From: a virus
Taxonomy: Duplodnaviria; Caudoviricetes
Strand: one strand, 5' to 3'
DNA: 54,750 nt
Virus record (IMG/VR): IMGVR_UViG_3300022562_001966
Location: 1 to 54,750 of that record
Part shown: positions 46,646 through 54,750 of the stretch, in pieces
Layout: every line of letters begins with the position of its first letter
How positions within the stretch are numbered: the first letter of the stretch is position 1
Notes under the pieces: model-generated
Databases searched by the model: none
What the model saw: only the letters and a program-made list of their open reading frames with translations
Told to the model about the DNA's origin: nothing
Program-made: the position numbers and the translations under genes

Positions 46646-48171
46646 TTCTCTGCCTTTTTGGAATCAGTATCAGCCATTGCTTTTGCTATCGCATCACGAA
46701 CAATTAAATCAACATATTCCGCATCCAGATTATCATCCGGTAAATCCACTGGTTTATTTAATATTTCTTGGATGCTTTTTAAAGTTGACTCTAAACGATT
46801 AAATTTTTCGTCATTATCATTTTCTTGATCATCATCGGATTCATCATCTTTCACATCTTCATCCTCTGATTGATCTTCTGATTCATCATTTGAGGCAGGT
46901 TCATTATTCAACTCATTCGCATTTAACTCTTGCAACAATGAAACACTGGTCATCTGTCTTTGTAGGAAAATATCATCACCACCTTCAACTGGGGATAGCC
47001 CTTCTTTCCTTCTCACTTCATTTGGACTCATAACACCATTTTGAATGGCTCTGCCATAACTTTGCATCCTTTCCGCTAAATCGGTTCTCAGCAATGCAGT
47101 CGTATCCATTTCAATACGGCGCTGAATGCTGTTATAGCCAAACAGACGATCCAAACCACGTTCATACCGCTCAATTAATCCACCCAATGACACGCTCATC
47201 CAATGGGAAATTAATTGCTCAATATTGGATAAATTCGCATTTTCTAATTGCCCCAATAATGGTGGTGGAACACCCACCGCTCTGGCAATTTCCTCATTGC
47301 TCATTTTTATGGTTTCAATAACTTGAGCATCTTGTGAATTCAACGCCATCGGATTCCATTTCAAACCACCGGCCAATATCGGAATTCCACCCGCTCTCAT
47401 CGCTGCCGATTGCTCATCAAATGCGGTTCTGAGTTGTCGCATTTGTTCAGGGGATAACAGTTCATCCGTGACCAGCACGCCACTTGGACGCCTGAAGTTT
47501 TTGAAGAAAGCAATTTGTGATCGACTTAAAGCAGAAAATATACTGGCTGAAATTCCGGCGGCATTGAATGGGGAATCACCAAGTAAAGGATTCTTATTTG
47601 ATACCTTCCATTTGAATATAAATACATCACGCATTGGAATCATCATTGTCGCATCTGACAATTTTGTCATGACTCCATCCTGATTAAGCATCACAAATGG
47701 CTCTTTACTCTCTTGATCGATATAAAGATTCCAAGTCGATGGCGTTAAAACATGCATCTGATCAATTTCAAATCGGGTATTTCTGAACCCGACAATACAA
47801 GCCATACCATGTGTGACCACATACTGAAAAACACGCGCATTAAAATCAGAACCCGTTTCATAAGGATTTGGGTTAGAAAGCACTCTTGCCGCAACACTGT
47901 TCAATCTTTCAGTGACGTTTCGATCTTTATCGAATTCCAAAACTTGCGGCCTTAATTGCGCTCCGGCACTACTGTGCAAATGGATTGCTCCGGCAATCGC
48001 CGGAATATGTTCCATTAAATATGGGGATAATGAGAGGTTACGTTGCCAACCATCTTCTAGCGGATCAAGTTCGAATACGCCGCCTAATTCGCCAAATCCA
48101 TGAAATGGGCCTAACCACTGACCTTCCGTTGAACCGCCAAACCATGATTTAACTTTTGTTAGCAGACCCAT
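46642..48171 (-). CDS. Portal protein, HK97 family
   Basis: FFKNFRRPSGVL, IARAVGVPPPLLG, GVMSPNEVRRKEGLSPVEGGD. Confidence 0.95.
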   Translation of the reverse strand: MGLLTKVKSWFGGSTEGQWLGPFHGFGELGGVFELDPLEDGWQRNLSLSPYLMEHIPAIAGAIHLHSSAGAQLRPQVLEFDKDRNVTERLNSVAARVLSNPNPYETGSDFNARVFQYVVTHGMACIVGFRNTRFEIDQMHVLTPSTWNLYIDQESKEPFVMLNQDGVMTKLSDATMMIPMRDVFIFKWKVSNKNPLLGDSPFNAAGISASIFSALSRSQIAFFKNFRRPSGVLVTDELLSPEQMRQLRTAFDEQSAAMRAGGIPILAGGLKWNPMALNSQDAQVIETIKMSNEEIARAVGVPPPLLGQLENANLSNIEQLISHWMSVSLGGLIERYERGLDRLFGYNSIQRRIEMDTTALLRTDLAERMQSYGRAIQNGVMSPNEVRRKEGLSPVEGGDDIFLQRQMTSVSLLQELNANELNNEPASNDESEDQSEDEDVKDDESDDDQENDNDEKFNRLESTLKSIQEILNKPVDLPDDNLDAEYVDLIVRDAIAKAMADTDSKKAEK

Positions 48172-48184
48172 TTTATTTTGCGCC

Positions 48185-48283
48185 TTAAACGAAATTAGAA
48201 ATAAGAATAGCTGATAAAACAGATAAGAAAGGCAAAATGAAAACTAAAAACATAATAAATAGAGTCATTTTAAAAATATCCAT
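48185..48283 (-). CDS. 32-aa hydrophobic peptide
   Basis: MDIFKMTLFIMFLVFILPFLSVLSAILISNFV; non-overlapping part of the called 86-aa ORF. Confidence 0.35.
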   Translation of the reverse strand: MDIFKMTLFIMFLVFILPFLSVLSAILISNFV

Positions 48284-48287
48284 GACA

Positions 48288-48668
48288 CTATTCTGAATCT
48301 CTATTCTTTTGGCCTTTGCCGCCAGAATTTCCATTACCATTCCCTCCATTATTTTCAGGGGTGTCCTTATCCTTATCCTTGTCCTTATCTTTTTCTTTTC
48401 CATGCCCTTCGCCACGTCCATTTCCGTTGTTTTCATTTTCGACAACTTTGGATGGCTTTCTGGATCGCGTTCTTGGCTTGTGATTCGGATGAACTTTTGG
48501 TTCCATCACTTTGGTTTCATACGAAACACCGTTCTCAACGATTTCTTCATAAAATCGGTTATGATGCTTTCTTGCCTTGCCTTGTTTCACTAAATTCTCA
48601 CACTCTTCAATCGTTGACTGAGTTGCTCGTCTGCCATTGCGAGTATATTTTATAAGCACTGCCTTCAT
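48288..48668 (-). CDS. Small head-associated protein with low-complexity tail
   Basis: RBS GGGGAG; YETKVM motif; NG and KD repeats. Confidence 0.7.
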   Translation of the reverse strand: MKAVLIKYTRNGRRATQSTIEECENLVKQGKARKHHNRFYEEIVENGVSYETKVMEPKVHPNHKPRTRSRKPSKVVENENNGNGRGEGHGKEKDKDKDKDKDTPENNGGNGNGNSGGKGQKNRDSE

Positions 48669-48685
48669 CGTATAATTCTCCCCTT

Positions 48686-48710
48686 AAAAAAGGGGCCGTT
48701 AAGCCCCTTT
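48686..48710 (-). terminator. Intrinsic terminator after the major capsid gene
   Basis: AAAGGGGC-TTAACG-GCCCCTTTTTT. Confidence 0.8.
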
Positions 48711-48723
48711 CTGCCAACTTGAA

Positions 48724-50160
48724 TTACCAAGTCAACCCTGTGTAATGCACAACCGCATTAGGTTGCATAAAGCCCCAACTGCAAGGTTTAACGGCTTTGA
48801 TACCAACTGAATGCGTTTGAAACAGTGAACGGCCAACTGCACCCACTTGCGCCAATCCAGCGCCGGGGCCGGAAATCGGAATACCCGCATTGCGAGGTAC
48901 TTGCCCTGCTGTTCCCAGTTCGCCTGTACCATCATCTGCCTGAGTTGGCGCTACACCATCAGCATTAGCTTCGATTACTGAGGCGTAATCGTTCACGTCG
49001 AACTCGGTAGCGTCAAATGCAGTCGCAAGTTGCGCGGCATCAACCATGAAGGCAGTATGTTCTGGAATATTGAGTGATGAAACTACTTCAAGATTCATCA
49101 AACGACCATTTGATAATTCTTGGCGGAACAAAAATTCACCCAATGCAGTTTGCATAAATCCAACACTGGTTTGATCATTGACGTTAATGCACAACACTGG
49201 CCGTTGACCCAAACCATTGCCTGTCAATGCTGCCATACCAGCTTTGATATCCGCTACAACCGCATCAATACCACCACCCGCTGTACCTGCCAATGGAGTT
49301 GACCCATTACCAATACCGGCTGGACGAATACCAGCAACCATTGCGCTTGAATCTAAAAACGCAGTATCCAATTCAACTGACATATCATCCAGAATGGCTT
49401 GGCGAATCACGCCTTGAATTGCCGGGGTTGCACGTTGCGCCAATTCCTTGCTGAAAGTAGAAATAACTTTCATGGAATATCGCCCCAGAACTTCAGAGGT
49501 AATCCCCAACCTTCCAACTGGAATTACACCACCCTCGCCAACAAATGCACCGCCCATATTCGCGCCTGTTCCTAAACGCGGCATTCTGCGAGGAATTCGA
49601 ACAGTATTAAAACCACCAAAATTCAACACCAAGCCTCGACTGGCCAACGCCGCTGCAACGCTTAAAGGCGTCAACAGATTGATAAAGCCTTGTGTATCCT
49701 CTTCAACCAGTTCACTTGCAAACTCGGTATCAAAAGTAGTTCCCAATGCCACGCCGGTTTTCAAATGCATGACATGTTCCAGAGCCTTGTTTTTAGAAAA
49801 CCGCTCAACACGAACTTGCTCTGGGGTTTTCTTCTGACAATGCGCGATAAAATGACAAATAGCTTCTTTCAGCCACAAGTCTTCACGATCTTCTTTTTTG
49901 CCAAAAGCGCCCGTATTAATCATCGGGGAACCGGCCACTTGTTGTGCGGCGGCTCGCTCTGCCAAGGCTTTTTCGGCTTTCTGCAAGGTATCAACATGTT
50001 TGGTTTCTTTCTCAACTTGAACCGTCATGGCGTCAACCTGTTCCAGAACCGTGTCATCGTCTGGGGTTTCCTCCAATGCTTTTGTCAGTTCAAGCAAAGC
50101 ATCCTTGCTGGCAACCAGTTTGTCTTGCGCCTCTTTAATGCGCTCACTCAACGTTTTCAT
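48724..50160 (-). CDS. Major capsid protein, HK97 fold with N-terminal delta/scaffold domain
   Basis: Coiled-coil N-terminus; AFVGEGGVIPV, RPAGI, SLFQTHSVGIK. Confidence 0.95.
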   Translation of the reverse strand: MKTLSERIKEAQDKLVASKDALLELTKALEETPDDDTVLEQVDAMTVQVEKETKHVDTLQKAEKALAERAAAQQVAGSPMINTGAFGKKEDREDLWLKEAICHFIAHCQKKTPEQVRVERFSKNKALEHVMHLKTGVALGTTFDTEFASELVEEDTQGFINLLTPLSVAAALASRGLVLNFGGFNTVRIPRRMPRLGTGANMGGAFVGEGGVIPVGRLGITSEVLGRYSMKVISTFSKELAQRATPAIQGVIRQAILDDMSVELDTAFLDSSAMVAGIRPAGIGNGSTPLAGTAGGGIDAVVADIKAGMAALTGNGLGQRPVLCINVNDQTSVGFMQTALGEFLFRQELSNGRLMNLEVVSSLNIPEHTAFMVDAAQLATAFDATEFDVNDYASVIEANADGVAPTQADDGTGELGTAGQVPRNAGIPISGPGAGLAQVGAVGRSLFQTHSVGIKAVKPCSWGFMQPNAVVHYTGLTW

Positions 50161-50729
50161 TACTGAAAATCCCTTTTCAATATTCGCTTTGCTGCGATAA
50201 TGGCTTGTGCGGCTCGCTTCCTGCGAACCTCTTTGGTTAAATCGCCTGACTCGGCAATGGTTGGATTAATATCACTGGACTGGATATCAATTCCGAAACT
50301 TTTTGCAATTTGCATCGCTTCTGGATGGCATGGCACGCTGACAACGCTACATTCCATCAATTCCAATTGATCAAAATGTATACCGCCCTCTTCATTCAAA
50401 TCACCTGAACCCGTAAAACCAATACTGGCACCTAACGGCACACCATCTGCAATTAACTGCTTTACCATCTGTCCAAGATTGGTTGATGCAACTTTTAAAT
50501 CCCCAATCAACTGCCCTGATTTCACACGCAAGTTATCCCAAAAGCCAATGGGTTGATCACTCTTGTGTTGCCATAGACAGATTAATTTTTTGGAGAGATT
50601 AGGGGCATACGCTCTTGGATCAATCGTATCCATTACCCGATCAGGGGTAATCGAACTCATGACAAAAACAGCATCGTAATCAGGGTTGTCTGATTTTGTG
50701 ATTTTTACGGGGAGAAATTTTTTCTTCAC
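50160..50729 (-). CDS. HK97-type prohead protease
   Basis: LWQH..DQPIG, GASIGF, ELMECSVVSVPCHPEA; TAATG coupling to the MCP. Confidence 0.93.
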   Translation of the reverse strand: MKKKFLPVKITKSDNPDYDAVFVMSSITPDRVMDTIDPRAYAPNLSKKLICLWQHKSDQPIGFWDNLRVKSGQLIGDLKVASTNLGQMVKQLIADGVPLGASIGFTGSGDLNEEGGIHFDQLELMECSVVSVPCHPEAMQIAKSFGIDIQSSDINPTIAESGDLTKEVRRKRAAQAIIAAKRILKRDFQ

Positions 50730-50931
50730 AGTGATTCCTCAATTTTAAAGAATCACCGTTCGCGGCTTTATCCCGTTCGGATTTCAGAAGTTGTCGCTCT
50801 CGTTTTCCCAAGCGTTTACGTGACATTTTTCATTCCATAAAAAATAGCTCACGTCAAAAATAATACAACATATTGTATTTTTGTAAAGCCATGCAACACT
50901 TATCTAGTCATTCACAAAACGGGAAAGGAAA

Positions 50932-51540
50932 ATGAAACCCAAAAATGATACTTCATGTAGCAACAAGTTATATCATGATACAACAGTTAGCATCATAATT
51001 TCGCTCTGCATGATCATCCTATTGAGCGTAACAATGGTGGTTTTCGCCGCTGAACCTGAACCAAGAACCCCAGAAGATTTAAAACAACTTGAAAAATACG
51101 TTGAACCAGAAATTATCGATGGGGATTATTCAACAAAACTCAGAGTCACATGGAAAGCCCCAACCGCTTTTGTTGATGGAACAGATATGCATCCAGACCA
51201 GATCAAAGGCTACAATCTATTTGTTAAAAAGGACGATGAAGAAAAAAAATATTTAGGCTGGTTCAATTTCGATTACAAAATGAATCCGCCATTAGAATAC
51301 GACTTCAGAGTTACGGATGCCGGGAAATATTGCGTTTCAATGACAACCAACACTTTTGAGCATGGTGGAAGCAATGAATCAGAAACCAGTTGTGTTGATT
51401 ACGATGATGAAGCGCCATTCATTCCACGCGAACCTGCGATTCCACTTGAAATCAAAATCAAAATTCTTGCCCCAAGTGAATTTGAAGTTCAGATTGAATC
51501 CGAAACCATGCCGATTGATAAACCGGGCCAGCAACCCTGA
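50932..51540 (+). CDS. Secreted / membrane-anchored FN3-like protein (moron)
   Basis: Hydrophobic signal ending VFA; LRVTWKAP...GYNLF...YCVSMTT...SNES. Confidence 0.7.
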   Translation: MKPKNDTSCSNKLYHDTTVSIIISLCMIILLSVTMVVFAAEPEPRTPEDLKQLEKYVEPEIIDGDYSTKLRVTWKAPTAFVDGTDMHPDQIKGYNLFVKKDDEEKKYLGWFNFDYKMNPPLEYDFRVTDAGKYCVSMTTNTFEHGGSNESETSCVDYDDEAPFIPREPAIPLEIKIKILAPSEFEVQIESETMPIDKPGQQP

Positions 51541-51567
51541 ACATTTGGCATTAAATCATAATCATAA

Positions 51568-51596
51568 AAAAAGCCTAGCGATTTGCTAGGCTTTTT
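51568..51596. terminator. Bidirectional intrinsic terminator
   Basis: AAAAAGCCTAGC-GATTT-GCTAGGCTTTTT between convergent genes. Confidence 0.9.
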
Positions 51597-51613
51597 ATTG
51601 ATCAGAATAAATA

Positions 51614-52432
51614 TCAATCAATTTCCCCGTAAATTTGAAAGTCTGAGATTGGATCGATATACGCAAACTCTGCATTAACAATATTGCCCTCTGCATCGAT
51701 ATCAAAACCAACATAACCAACTGGCAACGTAGTCACAACATGATCACCAACCACATTGTAATACAAAGTCTCAAACCCAACATGAGCATAACCTTGTCGC
51801 AAACTGACTTGATGATTGACCACATTTGCCACTTCGCCATCATTGTAGAACAAAGTATCCAAACACTGAAAAAATGGTGATAAAGACTGATTGCTGGAAA
51901 CAATTTCATCAAGATAATTCACTCCGGCAATTTCACCGACTTGGCAAGCCTGAAACCCACCCGCCAAGACATAATCATCTTGATTGCCATCGCCCAATGT
52001 CGCTACCGCAAAAATTGGGATCACATGGCTTGAATATTCATATTGATAATCAGTGTAAGTGATTCCACCATATTCATATTCAACCAGTGTTCTTTCTGAC
52101 AACACAACTTCAATTGCCATCGACATAACATTTGTCATGACGCCATTAATTTCAACCATGTTATTGGCTTTGACAATATATGCACCATCAACCGTTTTAT
52201 CCGCACCCCAGATAACCGAACCATTTTGAATGCTGGTTACAGCCAATCTCAATCTGAATGATTCATCCCGGCTCATAAATGCACTGGTATTGACTTGCTC
52301 AACAACCGGCACCGACGTTTCAGGATTCGACTTAGTTTGAGGTGGGGTATTGTTTGTACCTGCCGTACCACCACCGCAAGCCATCATCACACTTGCCAGA
52401 ATTCCAATCACACCCACTTTCAACATTTTCAT
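51614..52432 (-). CDS. Lipoprotein (moron)
   Basis: Signal peptide with lipobox VMMA-C followed by a GGG linker. Confidence 0.75.
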   Translation of the reverse strand: MKMLKVGVIGILASVMMACGGGTAGTNNTPPQTKSNPETSVPVVEQVNTSAFMSRDESFRLRLAVTSIQNGSVIWGADKTVDGAYIVKANNMVEINGVMTNVMSMAIEVVLSERTLVEYEYGGITYTDYQYEYSSHVIPIFAVATLGDGNQDDYVLAGGFQACQVGEIAGVNYLDEIVSSNQSLSPFFQCLDTLFYNDGEVANVVNHQVSLRQGYAHVGFETLYYNVVGDHVVTTLPVGYVGFDIDAEGNIVNAEFAYIDPISDFQIYGEID

Positions 52433-52459
52433 GATAACTGCTCCAATATCACTTTTAAC

Positions 52460-52678
52460 TTATTCGTGTGGCAAAGTCTGTCCACAGGAAGGACAAACAC
52501 CCATTGCATCGGCTTTCATTTTCCTGAGTTGCCGCGAAATACTTTGATGCGAAACTGAAAACAGCCTTCCCGCTTCATTTATCGATGTATTTGGCTCTTT
52601 TTCCAAATACTGAATAGCCCTTTCCGTTTTACTGATTTGCTTCGCTTCCAATTTCGCTATCAATTTTTTGTTGATCAT
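52460..52678 (-). CDS. Small HTH plus zinc-ribbon protein
   Basis: SINEAGRLFSVSHQSISRQL and CPSCGQ. Confidence 0.7.
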   Translation of the reverse strand: MINKKLIAKLEAKQISKTERAIQYLEKEPNTSINEAGRLFSVSHQSISRQLRKMKADAMGVCPSCGQTLPHE

Positions 52679-53193
52679 TATTTTCTCACTTTTAAATTGT
52701 CATTTACTGATTGAGCAAACCCAACAATATACGTTGCCGGAATATCAACCAATACTTTACTGCTTCCATTAAATTGCAATTGCAACCCTGTCTTAGAATA
52801 CTTTTTAATCTGCCAAGGCATAATTCGAATCTTCACCCAATCCAACCCTCTGCAACCGGCTGAACCACACGCGAGATAATAATCTTGGTGGTAAACATTG
52901 AATTCTGAACCCTCTGCATCCAGAGCATAATCGAAATCAGCAAAATACGTTGAATTCGACAATATATACAGTTCATACATTAACCAGCCATCTTTGTCGG
53001 CAATCGCTGTTAATTGGTATTGTGGCCCTCTGCCAGAAATATAAGGCGCTTCAAAGCTTTGCGTTTGATGAAAAGCATCATAACTGTATTTTGAACCATT
53101 TTTGACGCTTTCCAGTTTATGAGGATTCACGCAACCTGTAACCGCAACAATACTGAAAGCCACTAACAAAACTGGTTTAATCACTGATTTCAT
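52678..53193 (-). CDS. Lipoprotein (moron)
   Basis: Lipobox VTG-C; C-terminal IPATYIVGF. Confidence 0.8.
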   Translation of the reverse strand: MKSVIKPVLLVAFSIVAVTGCVNPHKLESVKNGSKYSYDAFHQTQSFEAPYISGRGPQYQLTAIADKDGWLMYELYILSNSTYFADFDYALDAEGSEFNVYHQDYYLACGSAGCRGLDWVKIRIMPWQIKKYSKTGLQLQFNGSSKVLVDIPATYIVGFAQSVNDNLKVRK

Positions 53194-53259
53194 TGTTAAT
53201 TTCCCAATAAAAGGCCAAATTGCTTGTGAAAGTCAATATGGCCAATATCTCATGATTAA

Positions 53260-53289
53260 ATAGTAGATCATTTCTTGCAACGTTGCAAG
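53260..53289 (-). promoter_or_regulatory. Moron promoter overlapped by a perfect 16-bp palindrome
   Basis: TTGCAA-N17-TACTAT; CTTGCAACGTTGCAAG at 53274-53289. Confidence 0.6.
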
Positions 53290-53313
53290 TGTTATTGTGC
53301 AAATTGTGAACTA

Positions 53314-54750
53314 TTACCCAATCAACGCCCTTGGATCAAACGCCGGTTCAAGCTTGGCAATTAAGGGATAAACGGCCATTAACATCGCAACCAAACCATC
53401 AATCTTTTGAGTCGATTTTGATTTATCTAACTTGCGTGACCCTGCTGGATCGCGCACAACAATGGCATGTGATGCGCCCAAGTTCAAAATTGGATGATTG
53501 CCGGTTTTGAACTTGGCTTTCAATAATTCCGTTTCCATCGCTTCAACACGAGGCGACATTGATTGATAGCCTTGACCAACTTCTGACCATTTTGCGGATA
53601 GAGCAAATTCCTTTCTCATCGCCGCTGCTTTAAATTCGGATATTCGCCATCGATCAAATTCTATACTGTTAACTTCGATGCCAGCCAATTGCAACTGGAT
53701 ACGCAAAAACTCAGCCACCCAATCGTAATCAACCGTAACACCTGCTGGACTATTTAAAACACCCATTTCCACCCAGCTTGTATATGGCACCTTATCACGA
53801 CGTTCTCTATCTTTAATTCCGGTTTGTGGCGAAAATGCATAAGGATAAACGTGAATAAATCCATCATCATCTTGCGCTGCAATTACTGCAACAGTTAAAT
53901 CATTTTTCTGTGACAAATCCAAACCGATATGAACGCCTTTTTCTTTGAACACCTTCCAGTCTGGCTTGTCGCAATTTTCCTTCCAAACAGTGGGCGCTAG
54001 CCATAAACATTCACGGCTAACTCTGCGATTAAAAATCAGGTTCAAAACACCATTTTGTTTTTCTGGTATCCTTTTCGCCTGTTCAATTTGATTTTTCAAA
54101 TCCTTCATTGATCGATAACCACCATACAACGATGGATTGGCCGCATACCAATTTTTTTCATCATCCAAATCATTATTTTTTGCCGCATACAAATGGCAAA
54201 TGGTATTTGTAGGCTGATCCCGAATGGCGGAATCAATTTCCAAACTTAGAAATGCTGCATCCGAAGGCGCTTGTGTTGAAATGATAAATGATCGGGAATC
54301 TTCATACGTTCCCAGTGAAGAAAACAACATATCCAGAAATTCATCTTGAGGCGAATCAATCTGGCCAGCTTCATCCAATACCAAAACATAAATTGCCTGA
54401 CCATGACCTGATTTTGCATCACGGCTTAAACTCTGATACTCAACATTTTTATTTAAGCCGATAATCAATTTTTTGGATGGAACAACTCGATAAAGCCCGC
54501 TTAAATCTGGCGACATTTCCAGAATCAAAGACATTAATCGATAAATTAAGCTGGCCTGTTCCCTTGTCATTGCCTTGCGCTACTGGCCCAACCAAAAAAG
54601 CTAAGCAGATTACGGCCATGACTAACGTTTTCCCCCCTCGCCTCCCCATCGATAATATCGCTTTGTCGATATGCTCTGGACTATCAAACGCGGCCAAAAT
54701 AAATGCCTGTTGAAAAATATCCAACTCTAAAGGCTCACCTATTTTTTTGC
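53314..54750 (-). pseudogene. terL: Terminase large subunit, split by a frameshift near 54574; 5' end beyond the window
   Basis: Walker A MGRRGGKT in one frame (open to the window edge); Walker B LVLDEAG, GLDLS and KIDGLVA in another frame. Confidence 0.8.

Larger units (their letters stand above)
1..54750. mobile_element. Temperate siphovirus genome segment (excised/circular form, attP intact)
   Basis: Head-tail module, integrase/excisionase, lysis genes and dense small hypothetical ORFs; no housekeeping genes; phage-like genes and arm-type repeats on both sides of the att core. Confidence 0.93.

Noticed and set aside
50680-50826. 48-aa basic ORF (MSRKRLGKRERQ...) overlapping the protease start on the minus strand
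   Set aside because: No clear RBS or motif; cannot be distinguished from chance
635-54713. Numerous short ORFs antisense to or nested within long genes (e.g. 2958-3365, 15191-15519, 18532-18936, 28301-28750, 49690-50166)
   Set aside because: Shadow ORFs of well-supported genes, with no RBS or recognisable motifs
1-54750. Alternative genetic code / stop-codon reassignment
   Set aside because: Long genes are intact under the standard code and coding density is high; the single terL break is a frame change, not an in-frame stop

Overview
The whole window is part of an AT-rich temperate siphovirus genome, probably infecting a Gram-negative proteobacterium; no host genes are visible. Left part (1-18435, all minus strand): an early/accessory region of about 35 mostly hypothetical genes, largely built from divergent tandem paralog families, with an SF2 helicase, a KorC-like HTH, an AP2 protein and at least four sigma70 promoters sharing a palindromic CAATTAG-N2-CTAATTG spacer operator. 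Centre (18.5-22.1 kb, plus strand): GH24 endolysin, an apparently intact attP whose core matches a tRNA-Ser 3' end, a P4-type tyrosine integrase, an AlpA excisionase and two HTH-like genes. Right part (22.1-54.75 kb, minus strand): the late region, in transcription order TerL (frameshifted, 5' end outside the window), a lipoprotein moron cassette, HK97 protease, major capsid, portal, neck genes, tail tube, chaperones, tape measure, a lectin-extended Dit/gpM, gpL/K/I-J-like tip proteins, a 1631-aa fibre, a tip RBP, holin, thermonuclease and macrodomain. All family calls come from motif recognition by eye; no database searches were run.
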